NCBI RefSeq assembly: GCF_963921235.1
Contig: NC_086106.1
Span: 19,654,001 to 19,718,000, forward strand
Direction of reading: 5' to 3'
DNA: 64,000 bases
Source: Mobula hypostoma
Taxonomy: Eukaryota
Shown here: positions 1 to 11,771 of the stretch, in pieces
Numbering within the stretch: position 1 is the first letter of the stretch
How the letters are laid out: each line of letters opens with the position of its first letter
Position numbers and translations under genes: made by a program
Notes under the pieces: model-generated
Database searches by the model: none
Seen by the model: the letters and a program-made list of their open reading frames with translations, nothing else
What the model was told of the DNA's origin: nothing

Positions 1-966
1 TTTTCGTGGGGTTGGGAGTAGTGGCTATGACCATCACAGTCCTCCTGACACTGGATGGTCTTTGCAGTTCTCCTCGCGGCTGCAAATCTGGACATTCGGC
101 CCGCAGGTGACCTGCTTCCCTGCAGTAATAGCAGCCACCTCGACTCTGATGCCGGCGGAGTGTCTTGTGCAGACGACTTCGATGGGCTCCACGGGACCCT
201 GAGCAGAAGTCAGACTGGTCATTGTCCGATATCGATGAGTGGAACTGCAATGAGTTGAGGACGGGCTCGGGCTAGCCCTCTTCGTCCTCTTCAAGTTGCC
301 CCACTTTCGCTCCGCCATACGATGACCGAGGCGGATGGTCAAAACTGGATGATTGAGACTGGTCGATCAGAACCAGTAAGTCCTCTGCTGGCTCTCCCAA
401 GGCAAGGACATGCTTTAGTTCGTCTTGGTATCCGTAATGGTACAGAATGGCCGAGGAGTCCCCGTTCCCGCACACTCGGACCAAAGTCCATAACTCGATA
501 GCTTAGTCAGTTGCCGACCTGCCCTGACGCACCTTCATCAGAGGGTCCAAGGCTTGGCTTGCTCGCCAGATGATGGAACACCTTCCTCATGGCGGCGGCA
601 AGTTCCTCCGATTCCGAGTAGATCTCCAACCTTCGTTCCCAATGCGCAGTGGCCCAGGCCAGGGCTCTCCCAGTCAGGAGAGAGATAATGAAGGCCACCT
701 TTCCGCACTCCGCGCTGGCTGGAGTTCGAATATCAATGAGTATTCAGTGAGGAAGCCGCGGCAAGAATCCGGATCACCATCCGGGATCTCCGGGGTCGGA
801 AGATGCACTGGCTCCGCAGAACGACCGATATCCTCACCTGAGCAACGCTGGCTTCCCCTTGCGAAAGTTAATACACGGCGACCTGGAGGTTCTGAATTTC
901 CAGGATTTGTCCAGAAATCCTATCGATGAGACTGGCCACAACAGACGAGAGATTCCGATAACTCGC
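1..966 (-). mobile_element. Decayed Ty3/Gypsy (sushi-like) gag region with CCHC zinc knuckle, cut by the window edge
   Basis: Minus-strand frames give KVAFIISLLTGRALAWATAHWE, ELKHVLALGEPAEDLLVLIDQS and CYYCREAGHLRAEC (CX2CX4HX4C, about 88-137). There are multiple frameshifts. An LTR-like end (TGTGACAAG on +) starts at 967. Confidence 0.8.
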
Positions 967-1159
967 TGTGACAAGAAACCTAGGCAAGGATGGTTAGGAC
1001 CCAAGTGCTGGAATACCCGAGACTGGAAACGAGACATGATGCGAGAATGAAACAAGAACAGAACACTAAACGATACAATAATCCTAGTGGGGCAGACGAT
1101 TAAACACTGAACCTCCGTCCAGGTGCTCCTTAAATATTGAAATTCTGGCATCAAACATG

Positions 1160-1285
1160 GCTCCTGCCGAAGGGTCTCGGCCCGAAACGTCGAACATACT
1201 TTTTCCTATAGATGCTGCCTGGCCTGCTGAGTTCCTCCATGTGTGTTGCTTGGATTTCCAGCATCAGCAGAATTGCTCTTGTTTG
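1160..1285 (+). mobile_element. Penelope-like element terminal fragment with degenerate hammerhead core
   Basis: CTGCCGA-AGGG-TCTCGG-CCC-GAAA-C-GTC (1164-1191) is followed by the gatgctgcctggcctgctgagttcctcc...tttccagcatc motif, which recurs at 9345-9480, 23078-23175, 25332-25450 and 51600-52245. Confidence 0.7.
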
Positions 1286-1326
1286 ATAATTAGCAGGATG
1301 GTCCTGAGTCTTTAAGCGGCCGTGCC

Positions 1327-2533
1327 TGTCATAGTAGGGGATGCTGGCAGCGGACCCAAATGCAAGGCAGAGACACTGAAGTACTAGGAACAGGACTAGG
1401 TGTGTCAAGGAAGCAAGGGAAGTGGGGAAGAAACGACACTGGACAAGTCACAGGCCCTGGATGAGACTAGGATACAGGGCCTGGGCTAGGACTAGACTAG
1501 GAAAACGGGACCTGGATGAGAAACTAGGAACTTGGAACCTGGACGAGGAACTAGAAACCTGGAACCTGGATGAGGAACTAGGAACTTGTAACCTGGACAA
1601 GGACTCTCAGCCAGAGACTGGACAGGGACCGGGAACCTCGGTCTTGACTCGGGCTCCGACTGCAGATCCAGGCAAGGACAAGACGTGGCAAGGCAACAGG
1701 ACGCGGGACTCCTGGGCAGGACACGGGACCAGAACTGGATGAGGACACGAAGCTCAGCCTTGGTCTTGGGAGACAGGAACGCAGAACACAGAGCCTTAGT
1801 CTTGGGAGATGGGAACGCAGAACACAGAGCCTTGGTAATCTTGGGAGAGAGGAACGCAGAACCCAGAGCCTTGGTCAGAGAGACAGGAACATGGACACCG
1901 AGCTGGGACCCGTCCTTGGGAAAAGGACGTAGGGCCCGGGCTCATACACAGAACACAGAGCTGGGACCCCTCCTTGGGAACAGGACGTAAGGCAATGACT
2001 CCTACACAGAATGCTGAACACGATGAGACGGTTCCCAACACAAGGTAGCAGCAAACGGCCAAACTTACCTAGTGAAGGCATGGACACAGAGACGGTTCCC
2101 AACACAAGGTAGCGGCAAACGGCCAGACCTACCTAGCGAAGACATGGACACAGAGACGGTTCCCAACACAAGGTAGCGGCAAACAGCCGGACCTATCGAG
2201 CGAAGGTGTGGACACAGAGTTAGTTCCAAACAACGAAAGACAGTTCCTTATCTAGACACAGCAAGGCTCTGGTCTTGCTCCGGCGGTAGAACTTGATGGC
2301 GAGAGTAGGCAAGGATGCTGGTGAGGCTTCAGGCGAAAGGCTACAGAAGGGAAGGGAACAGTCCAGCAAATGAAGCTGAACCCAGGAGCTATTTATATAG
2401 CCAGACGAAATTTAGAATCATGTGTCTCAATTAAGGCACACAACAGGGCAGGGGATAACCGGAAAACCTGGAATACAGATCGATAGACCGGACCGTGAAC
2501 CGGAATGTGGACTTCATGGACCGGACCATGACA
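1327..2533 (-). mobile_element. Solo LTR (TGTCATGG...TATGACA family) with internal minisatellites
   Basis: TG...CA termini. Both ends match the three LTRs at 17583-21378. Internal tandem arrays of 27, 36 and 64 bp. No clear TSD. Confidence 0.8.
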
Positions 2534-3289
2534 GCACCAGCTATCCATATTCTGCATAGTTAGAGCGTATGAACGCTGGAAGCTGGAGCAGTTGGGTGTG
2601 TATGAAAACATCATTGACATCTTATGATTTGGCACATTTGGTGATGTAAATGTTCTGCCCAGGTACACTCCATTACATTTCCTCCACCACTGATGCACCG
2701 TGAATATTCTGTCTGGTGTTTTCAAGAGTTTTTTTCTTTGAATGTAACATGAGCAAGTTTTATTTTGTGATCATTACATTCTGCCCGTGGTGGCACAAAT
2801 GCTAAATTGGACTGGCCTGATTAATGGAGTCAACAGTTTCTTTCCAGCTAACAATGTTACTGAAATTGCTGCGTTTCACTAGCAGATTGTGCGTCACTCT
2901 GAATTCCAGCATCAGCAGTCTCTTGTGTCTGGATTGAAGATGATTTGACGGAAAACATTTGGTACCTTGCAGTGACAACCTGTGACCACTGGGGGTCAGA
3001 AGAACACCTCTGAAAATATAAGATACAGTATTGAGGCTTCCGTCCAACTGCCTGCTATAATAGCAACTTCGAGTCTTTGGGTGACAGTGTTACAGACAGA
3101 CAGAAAGGGGCTATTGGTGGGTTCGGGTTAAACAGTGCACAGGAGGAGTCTATTATGCCAGCAGGTCCTGAGATTACAGAAGCTCTTCAGGTGAATATGT
3201 CACATTGCAATGTGTTCTCATCCCACCACCCAAAGACATGCTTGTAGGTAAGTTATTTGATTACTGTAAATTGAACTTAGTGTAGATTG

Positions 3290-3960
3290 ATGGAGTCCTA
3301 CAGCATGGAAACAGGCTTTTAGCACAAGTCATCCATACCGACCAAGATAACAATCCAAGCCAGTCCCATTTCTCAGTTTTTGACCCATAAACTTTCAAAA
3401 TGTTCCTCTCCATGTACCTGTCCAAGTGCCTTTGAAAAGTTGTTATTTACTTAACTCAACCACTTCCTCTGGTAACATATTCCACATATTTTCCACCATT
3501 TCTGTTTGAAAAATCCTTTCTATTCCCATTAAATCTTGCCCCTCTCAGCTGAAACCTTAGCCCTCTGGTTCTCGATTCCCCAATCTCAGGTAAAAGACTG
3601 AGTGGATTCATCTTAACTGTGTCCTTGTGATTTTATCAAATCTCTTCTCATTTTCCGACATTCCAAGGAATAAATCCTTAGTTTGTCCAACCTCTCCCTG
3701 TAACTCAATCCCTAGACTGCTGGCAGCATCCTTGTAAACCTTCTGTGCATTTTTTCCAGTATAATGATATCTTTCTTGCAGCTTGGTGAATAAAATGAAC
3801 ATAATACTGCCAGTGCAGCCTCACCGGTGCCTCGTACAACTGCTTCATGAACACCCAACATTCAGAATCAATGTTCTGTCTAATTAAGACAAGCATGCTG
3901 AAAGCATTCTTCACCATCCTATCTAACTCTGATTACATTCTCAGCAAACTATGCGCTTGA
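3290..3960 (-). mobile_element. CR1 LINE 3' fragment (decayed)
   Basis: Reverse complement resembles the RT C-terminus and 3' end of the CR1 copy at 13000-13590. Confidence 0.65.
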
Positions 3961-4274
3961 GCTCCAAGGTCCCCCTGTTCCACAACACTTACCAGAGCCC
4001 CACCATTTACTTTGAAAGTCCTACTGTGACTTTTCAAAGTGCAACACCTCATACTTATTTGAATTAAAACTCAGATGCTACTGCTCTGCCCATTTGCTCA
4101 GCTAATCAACATACTCCTGTAAGTTTTGATCATCTTCTTCAGAGTTCATTTTGCTACTTACGTTAAGGTCATCTACAAACTTAGTAACGATGCCTTGTAC
4201 ATTCTTATCCAAATCTTTGATGTGGATGACAAACAGCAAATGACCCAGAACTGACCCCTGAGGTCCACCATTTG

Positions 4275-5075
4275 TCTGGATTTACTCCCTGTAGACCCAT
4301 AACTGTGTGATCAGGTAGAGCATCAATTCATCGACAGAGCTGCTGTAGAAATATTCAACAGCTTCAAGTTCCTCGGCACCCATATCACCAGGAAACTCAC
4401 CAGGTCCCGTCCCAATGATGACGTGATCAAGAATGCTCATTAGCATATTCCTTTTGATACCTGTAGATTTAGTATATCTGCCAGGAATCTCTCAAATATC
4501 TACAGACTCAAGTGGAAAGCATTCAGACAGATTGCATCAAACTCCTGTACAGCAACTCCTCTGCTCTTGACCGTCTGAGCCTGAAGAGAGTGCTAAACAC
4601 AGCCCAGTCCATCAGAGGCTTGTTAACTCCTCCCATCCAGTCTGCCTTCACGGTCCATTGTCTCAGGAAGACTCGTGTATTGTCAATGATGCATACCATG
4701 CTGATCATTCCCTTTTCAGTCTGCTACCTTCTGGAGAATGTTGAGAAGCCGGAGAACCCGAATGTACGGACTGAAGAACATCTATTCCCCTTGATATCAT
4801 TCACCTGAACTGATCAATTATTTCCCATTTCCTTCCTGGTGGTGCTGCCTCTTTCTCATACTATTCTCTTCTTTATTCTGTTTCTGTCATTGTAGTGTGT
4901 TGTTTTGTGGCATTACCTCACACTGCACAACAATCCTTGTACCATTGTGCTGTTTCTCTGCTTATAAATTTATTTCTTATCATCATGTATATTGGCAGCT
5001 CTATCTGCTTCACGTGAAGAAGGAATTTGATTGCACCCTGGTGTACATGGCCATAAACCAACCTAATCTAATCTG
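4275..5075 (+). mobile_element. Rex1/Babar-like LINE 3' fragment
   Basis: Degenerate ...FKFLGTHIT... RT C-terminal motif and a 3' region homologous to the copies at 6300-7080, 36620-37290 and 45480-46210. Confidence 0.5.
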
Positions 5076-6299
5076 AACTGTTTCATAGCGTTTCTGAGGG
5101 AAGTTCATCATAAAGCATTCTTGCCTTGTCTTTAACTCTCATGTGCTGGGCTCCACCCTCCTGGAAGTTGGTTCTATTGGAGTCGACTCATTTCATTCGC
5201 TTTTAATGATCCACCATCATTCACACCTGCATGTGACAGGACTGCAGAGCCTTGATCTGATTTCTTCTTGATGGGACTGTACTTTGGCCATTCTTTGCTC
5301 TTTCGCTATTTTACAGATGTGTAGACTTGATCGTTGGCACCTCACGTGTTGGTACATTTGGTGATGTATATTGTCTGTCCAACCACACCCCAGTTCACTC
5401 TCCTCACCACTGATATACCGTGAATGCAGTGTATACTATTTACAAAATGTACCACGCACTTCCGTGAAGAGTCTGTGACAGCAACTCCCACACTGCAGTC
5501 TCTGGCACAATGGAGGACAACTGTACTCAGGACATTGGGAATGCTCCTGTCTGTATCACATGCACCATCTGCACTTGGAAACAGATGTCTGCTCCAACAT
5601 TGTCATTTCACTCACATCACAGAAACCAACGCTGATGTGAGCCTCACCCTGAACCAACTAACAGTCTGTGTGTGCAAGTATCATATCACTGACAACAATC
5701 TGGAGTATTAACATTATTTCTGTATCACTGACAGTGACAGAGTTGTGAGAATTATACTCATGACACAGTATATAGTATTCACACTATCTCCACAGCAAGA
5801 GCAACCAAAATGTATAGGTAACCTGCTGATGACGTCACTTCATTTGCTAGTAATCCCTTTACAGCCCAAATAATCAGGATGTAAGAGGGAAGGAAACAAT
5901 AATGTCTATTCATATATAAAACTGATTCTGTCAAAAGGGAGTCCGTTTTATATCTATTTATATTATCCCTTTGTATTTATTATCCATAATTCAGGACACA
6001 GTATCACAGGAGTGCTGAGTCACCCTGACAGAATATTAGGATGATTCCAGGAATAATGGACATAAGTTAGACAATGGAGCAGCTGGAATTATTTTGTTTG
6101 GAAAGGAGGAAGTGAAGAAAACATCTGTGAAAGTATTTCTAATTACAAAGGCTCCAAGATTCAAGATCGAGATTGTTTAATGTGACTTTTCCTGTACACA
6201 AGTGGAAACGAGAATGTAATAATTGTTACTCTGGAACTGATGCAGCACAAAATAACCACAATAAGATAAAGAACACCATAATAATTAAAAACCCAATCA

Positions 6300-7080
6300 A
6301 TATAAATACATAAAATAGATTATATTCATCTGTAGATTGATTGTATTCCGTAAAGTGATGTGAAGCTCTACATAAGGAGACTGAGAGGAAATAATAAGGT
6401 AGCGGTGGAGTTAGTGGCTGGGGGTGTTGATCAGCCTTACTGCTTGGGGAAAGTAACTCTTTTTGAGTCTGGTCGTCCTGCATGGATGTCGTGTAGCCCC
6501 CTCCCTGATAGGAGTGGGACAAACAGTCCATGAGCATGGTGGGTGGGTGGGATACTTCATAATGTTACTGGCCCTTTTGCAGAACATTTCTGTGTATATG
6601 TACTTGATGGCAGGTAGGCTGATGTATTGAGCAGTGTTAACTACCCATTGCAGAGACTTCCTGTCCTCCGCAGTTCAGCTTCTGTACCAGAAGTATCAGG
6701 TTTAATGTCACTGGCAGATGTTGTGAAAGTTGCTTTGCATCACCAAGTAGTGACACAACTTGTTAGGATGTTCTCTATTGCACATCTGAACAATGATATT
6801 GGTGTGGATTTGCAAAGTCCAGCTCCCTTCAGCCTCATCAGAAATTAGCATTGGTGAGCTATCTCTACCATGTAGCAAGAGCTTTGTTGACCATGAGATG
6901 ATATGCATGATATACACTCCCAGGAGTTGGAAATTACTTGCTGTTTCCACTGCTGTGTTGCCAGTGTAAAGAGGGATGCGAGTGGTGTGAGTTCTACTGA
7001 AATTTTTCCGGTGGCCCAATCGATTCAAGAGAGGAGGCAACAGATTGTTCGGGGCAAGAGATTTAAAAAGGGACATTCAC
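6300..7080 (-). mobile_element. Rex1/Babar-like LINE 3' fragment
   Basis: Minus frame gives AVETASNFQLLGVYI...ISWS, and the 3' UTR motif aagcagtaaggctgatcaacacc is present. Confidence 0.55.
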
Positions 7081-9344
7081 ACACTTTTGGCTCTTTCCAG
7101 TGGCCCAATCGAATCCCAATGTGAGAATTCTGGGGGACCTGCAGCCTCCCGGATATTGGTGAATGTAGAGGCTGTAGAATGAGTGGGGTTGACAAAAGGA
7201 TCAGAGTCACATCAGGAAGGAATGATTTGTGCAGTGAGAGGCTTGTGTCTAGAAATCTCTGGTGTGCCTGGTAGAGGAAACTGATCCAATTGAGACATTC
7301 AAAAGTGAAATGGAATATTGAAAGGAAGACAAACTGCAGAATAAGTGGAGAGACAAGACAGGGAGGCATCTAGTTTGCTCTTGTATACAGCCACCATAGA
7401 CTTCATAGGCAAGTTGACTTTCTTCCTCACTCTTCTGTCAGTGATACTCTGTGATTAAGCAGACTGTCCAGCTGCTATCACCTCCTATCATTCCAATACC
7501 CTTAATGTTCCTTGCCCCAAAGATAATGATATCTATCAGGTGCCAGCACTTGGATCAAATATGTTGTCATGAAGTTTTTCCCTTGTCTCATCCAGTGCAG
7601 TTTGTTGGTGATGAGTTCATGTTCTTTGCATGTCATCAGGAAGAGAATTCTCTTGAAGACAGGAGAGAGTGCAGATGCTAGGATCTGGAGGAAAACTCAA
7701 ACTGCCAGATTATCTCAACATGTCAGGCAACATCAGTGGATGGAAAGGAATGGACAACGTTCCAAGTTGATGCTCTTTATCTGGACAAACACAGGATTCT
7801 TGTCACACATGAATCTACTCAAGTTGGTTTTACTTCTCCTCACAGGTCCATTAGACATTTCTAAAGGTTTTTTCCCCTTTCTATTTCTCATTAAAATATT
7901 TTAAAAAAACACCTATTTGAATTCAGGCCGAGGTTTCCTCAAGCTTCAGAAGAAATCCTCTGACCCCCACCAACATATAACAGAGCATTGACTGTGATGC
8001 CAGGAGCGTGCAAGATCTAGTTTCCGGCCACAGGGCTTTGCGACTCGAATTAATTACCAATAGTCTGTGGTAGAGACTGTTGGATCTCTGTTTATTTTCT
8101 GATCTATTGTGTTCTTCCAGGAGCCAAAACTGGCGAACCATCTTAATTCTAAGATTTCAGTTTACTTTGGAAGACAAACAAACATACAAGTACAAAGCAA
8201 ACTAGAGAAAGAGCTGAGAAACGATGCCAAGAGTTGTATAGACAAAAGAACAAAGAAGCCAGGATGGCGCTTCTGAAAAATCATTCACTTTTATAGGCAC
8301 GATAAAGAAATTCCTTAGATAGAGAATAAGCTTGGTCATAGGTCATATAATTAAAACAATTACATCACGTGGGTAATGTGCTGATACATAGCCAAAGAAA
8401 AATGAGAAAGGTGATAATCCGTTAGTTTAGCTGGTATACCACTTTCTTCCAGTGAGTAGGGATGAACCACCACATAATGTGAAAAATACATGACTTTGTT
8501 AAAAAGTACAAATCTTATGAAAATTATTATTTTAAAAATGGTGGGTTCCAGCATGTCCCACTTTTGATTCTAAAAGTACGCTGGCAGAATCACATCTGAA
8601 AATTCAGAGCAATCACTTGTAAACAAACACAAAAAATGTAAATTATGATCAAAATGTCCAATAATTATATTTGTGTTTGAAGTTTTCCCACAGTATTTGT
8701 CCTAACTTGGAGTTATTTCAGCTCGTTTGCAGTGGCTGGCTTGTATCCACTTACTTTGACCTTCTATGTTAACGCTTAATTGGTAATTAACAATACTTGG
8801 TGAGGACGTTCCCATCGAGCTGCCAGGGGTTCCTTATCGAGTTCTTTGACCAGGACCCACTTGCCAGGAATCAAAGTGTGTCCTCATTCAGATGCACCAC
8901 TACAACCAACAGAAACCTGTTGAGAAGCAGACGAAATAGCTTGTGTTGGTTTTACACGATAATCAACTAAACTATCTGACATAAAATGTATATTAGCCTC
9001 TCTCAGAATGAGAGCATCCAGTAGTGACATAGGTCACCCCATCACCACTTCATATGGGCTCAGTTTTGTGTTCTTGTTTGGGGTTGCCCTGATGCTGCAT
9101 AAAAGCAAAGGAATAGCTGTAGGCCATGGTACATCTTCATCGTGATACTCAGTCAGCCGTTGTTTGATTATGCCATTCTTAACAAACATTTCCAGTGATA
9201 TGTGTTCCTTGGTCAGAGTCAATGTGGAATGGCAATCTTCATCGAAGAATATAGTCTTTAATCAGGGTTTTGGCTTTGTGTGTGGCAATAACTTTTCTTG
9301 CTGGGACAGCTTCTAACCACCTTGAAAATTTGTCCACTATTACT

Positions 9345-9480
9345 AACACATCTCAATATCCTTTGCACTTCAGTAATGTAGCACACATAAAAGTTGCTGG
9401 TGAACACAGCAGCCCAGGCAGCATCTCTAGGAAGAGGTACAGTCGATGTTTCAGGGCGGGGCCCTTCGTCAGGACTAACT
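9345..9480 (-). mobile_element. Penelope-like terminal fragment inserted in the ERV integrase
   Basis: Lies between LQVDYITL and VLVIVDKFSRW and has the same motif as 1160-1285. Confidence 0.75.
9441..9476 (-). ncRNA. Minimal type I hammerhead ribozyme motif (Penelope-associated)
   Basis: AGUC-CUGACGA-AGGG-CCCCG-CCCU-GAAA-C-AUC-GACU: intact core, 4-bp stem II, stem I AGUC/GACU and an NUH triplet AUC. Helix III is loopless and has a C.A mismatch. Confidence 0.65.
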
Positions 9481-10024
9481 AAAGTAATGTAGTCCACTTG
9501 GAGATGTAAAAGTGGACCAGGTAGATCAGGAGTACTCAGTTGAGGTAGCTGATCTGGTATTTGTTTTCTGGCATGTCAAACATCTCTAAACTATTTGACG
9601 AGCTTGCATCCTGAACTTTGGGTTCCACCACCACGGGGAGAATCTATCGACCATCCTTTGCACACCAATGTGTCCTGAGAAGTCTATCTGCTGGGTCAGG
9701 TAAGGAAGCAGCTCAGATGGGGCTACCAGTCTAAGGCTAGTGCCGTTTCTCCATACTCCATCGTCTCCATTTTCCATCCTGTACGTCTTTTCTTTAATTG
9801 AGCACCGATGTTGCATTTCCTGAATATCTTCCATATTTGTTTGCGACACAGTGTTTAACTTGGTTTCAGTTATCAAGTTTTCTTCCATGGCTTCGACTTT
9901 CTTTATTCCTTCTCTTGTTTCCTTTCTTGCAGTTTCATTTGCAAATGCATTTCCACAGCTTTCCATTGTAATCATTTAAGAGTGACTTTTTCATTTTAAT
10001 ACTGCAACTTCTGATGGTAGCTAG

Positions 10025-10874
10025 TGTCACGTGATCGGCAACAATGTATATATTGAATCAGAATTTATAAGCAAACAAACATTTCTCAAATCCTGATAAA
10101 CAATGAAAAAAAAAGGAAAACCTTAACCGAAAGTAAACGGCTATGCGGCCATTCAGTAAACCGCTACTCAGTACTAGTTCTTAAAGCGATAAATGTAAAA
10201 CCATTCTTAAAGCGATAAATTCAAACACAGTTTCTCAAATGGTAAATTTTGAAGTCCAAGAGATTTATACAGTCAATTAGGAGAGACTTTCATGAAATAA
10301 CGAATTCCTCAAAGACACGACGTCACTGCCACTCCCAGTCGGATCCTGCCTTGTCCACAGGATTCACGACAACGGAAATAAAATGGTTTTAAAGGCACTG
10401 ACCTTCCTCCTCTGTAGAATAAATCCTGCACAGCCTTTTCTGCTTCCATTTTAGCAGAGGCTATCTCATGAAGATCACTTTCTTGAACGAATTCATTAAT
10501 GGTCGATCCTTTCCAAACCCGTCGAACATCTCCTTCAGGGTCCCGTCTTCACTCTCCTGTGATACTGAAAAGATACATTAACAAACCTGGCAGCGATTGG
10601 TGAAACTGCTGGCTCAGATTTATGTACCTTACATTAGAACATAAAACTCCATTTAAAATCAGAACTGCGCCATATTTCAAATAAGCAGTGGAGCGGAGTA
10701 CCTCATTGACGTTCTAACTGGAAAACTAACTGTGTCTGTCTGTCTGTCTGTATCTTGATTTACGGCGGTTGGCATCCAACTTAATGGTGCATTACCGCCA
10801 CCCTCTGCTCCGGAATGTGCACTAGACATACATTCTAAATCCCTTCACCCAATCGCGTGCACGCGCACGCGTGT

Positions 10875-10917
<43 letters not shown>

Positions 10918-11263
10918 CAAACCTACACTTCACCCTCCCATCTTTGACCATCCTAGTATCCTATTCCTGTTTATTCATCATATCCTATTAAAAACCCCTG
11001 TACCCTTTAAAAACGCTAAAAAAAATACCCGGGCTTGTGCTCTCTCACCCATGCCCAGCAACCCTTTTAATGTGAATTCCTGCATCCCCAACTCCCTTAA
11101 CTCCCTCAACTAACTGCATCACCAGGGGTCTTCCCTTTTATACCCGTGGTGAGCATGTCATCACGTGACCTCACATTGGCGGGAAAATTACATCAGGTGC
11201 CCTCAAAAGACCATTACATCATTCTCACAAGAAAGTCACAAGATCTCCTTGAGGTATGTAACA
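10025..11263 (-). repeat. 3' LTR of the Gmr1-type element (contains a 375-bp insertion)
   Basis: Aligns end to end with 21680-22535 apart from 10733-11107. Confidence 0.92.
10733..11107 (-). mobile_element. 5'-truncated LINE 3' end (I/Nimb-like) with (GACA)n tail and 9-bp TSD
   Basis: AACTAACTG at 10724-10732 and 11108-11116, and absent from the other LTR. The minus frame ends ...FLAFLKGTGVFNRI-stop. An internal (CA)n microsatellite is present. Confidence 0.7.
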
Positions 11264-11465
11264 CCTCCCTCCAAAAAAATAAATTTTGGTCTCTAAAGGA
11301 ACAAAATTTTAACAACTAACAATTTACACAAAAAAAATGCAAAGGTATAAAATTTACAACATACACAATATACACAGTGTTATCTTTCAGCACTTTACAA
11401 ATTAATATACAGTAGGAGTGTTACAAATGTTAAAATACCACTCCATTAAAATTTTCATTGTACAT

Positions 11466-11771
11466 TTAACTTCTAGATAGACAATCAGCAATCACATTAT
11501 CTTTACCTTTAATATGAGTGATCAAAATATTGTACTCCTGTAACATTAAACTCCAATTTAGTAATTTTCTATTTTTGTTTTTCATCTTACTCAAAAACGC
11601 TAACGGATTATGATCAGTGTAAGCTATGAGTGGTTTCTGAGTAGTACTAACATACAGTTCAAAATGTTGTAAAGCCAAAACAAGAGCTAATAATTCCTTT
11701 TCTATTGTTGAATAATTTCTTTGACGGGCATTAAATTTCTTAGAAAAGTAAGCTACTGGACAATCAACTTC
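11466..11771 (-). pseudogene. Gypsy RNase H C-terminal part
   Basis: CPVAYFSKKF...YSTIEKELLALVLALQHF...TDHNPLAFL...WSLMLQEY...HIKGKDNVIADCLSR. Confidence 0.9.

Larger units (their letters stand above)
8720..10020 (-). mobile_element. Class I (gamma/epsilon-like) endogenous retrovirus pol fragment: RNase H end plus integrase
   Basis: Minus frames give GNAFANETARK (RNase H end), GHIGVQRMVDRFSPWWWNPKF...CLTC (HHCC), LQVDY, DKFSRWLEAVP, IDSDQGTH, NGIIKQRL, SIRATPNKNTKLSPYEVVMG, PGKWVLVK...ARWERPHQVLL and WIQASHCKR. Stops and deletions are present. Confidence 0.85.

Noticed and set aside
2630-5440. Similar about 80-bp segments at 2630-2710 and 5350-5440 that looked like a duplicated exon
   Set aside because: No shared open frame or splice sites. 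They resemble decayed 3' parts of a common LINE-derived repeat.
5830-5849. TGACGTCA (CRE) next to ATTTGCTA (octamer-like)
   Set aside because: No leader or V exon found downstream, and short motifs like these are expected by chance.
5997-6036. RSS-like CACAGTA...ACAGAATAT
   Set aside because: 24-nt spacing, poor nonamer and no adjacent V, D or J sequence.
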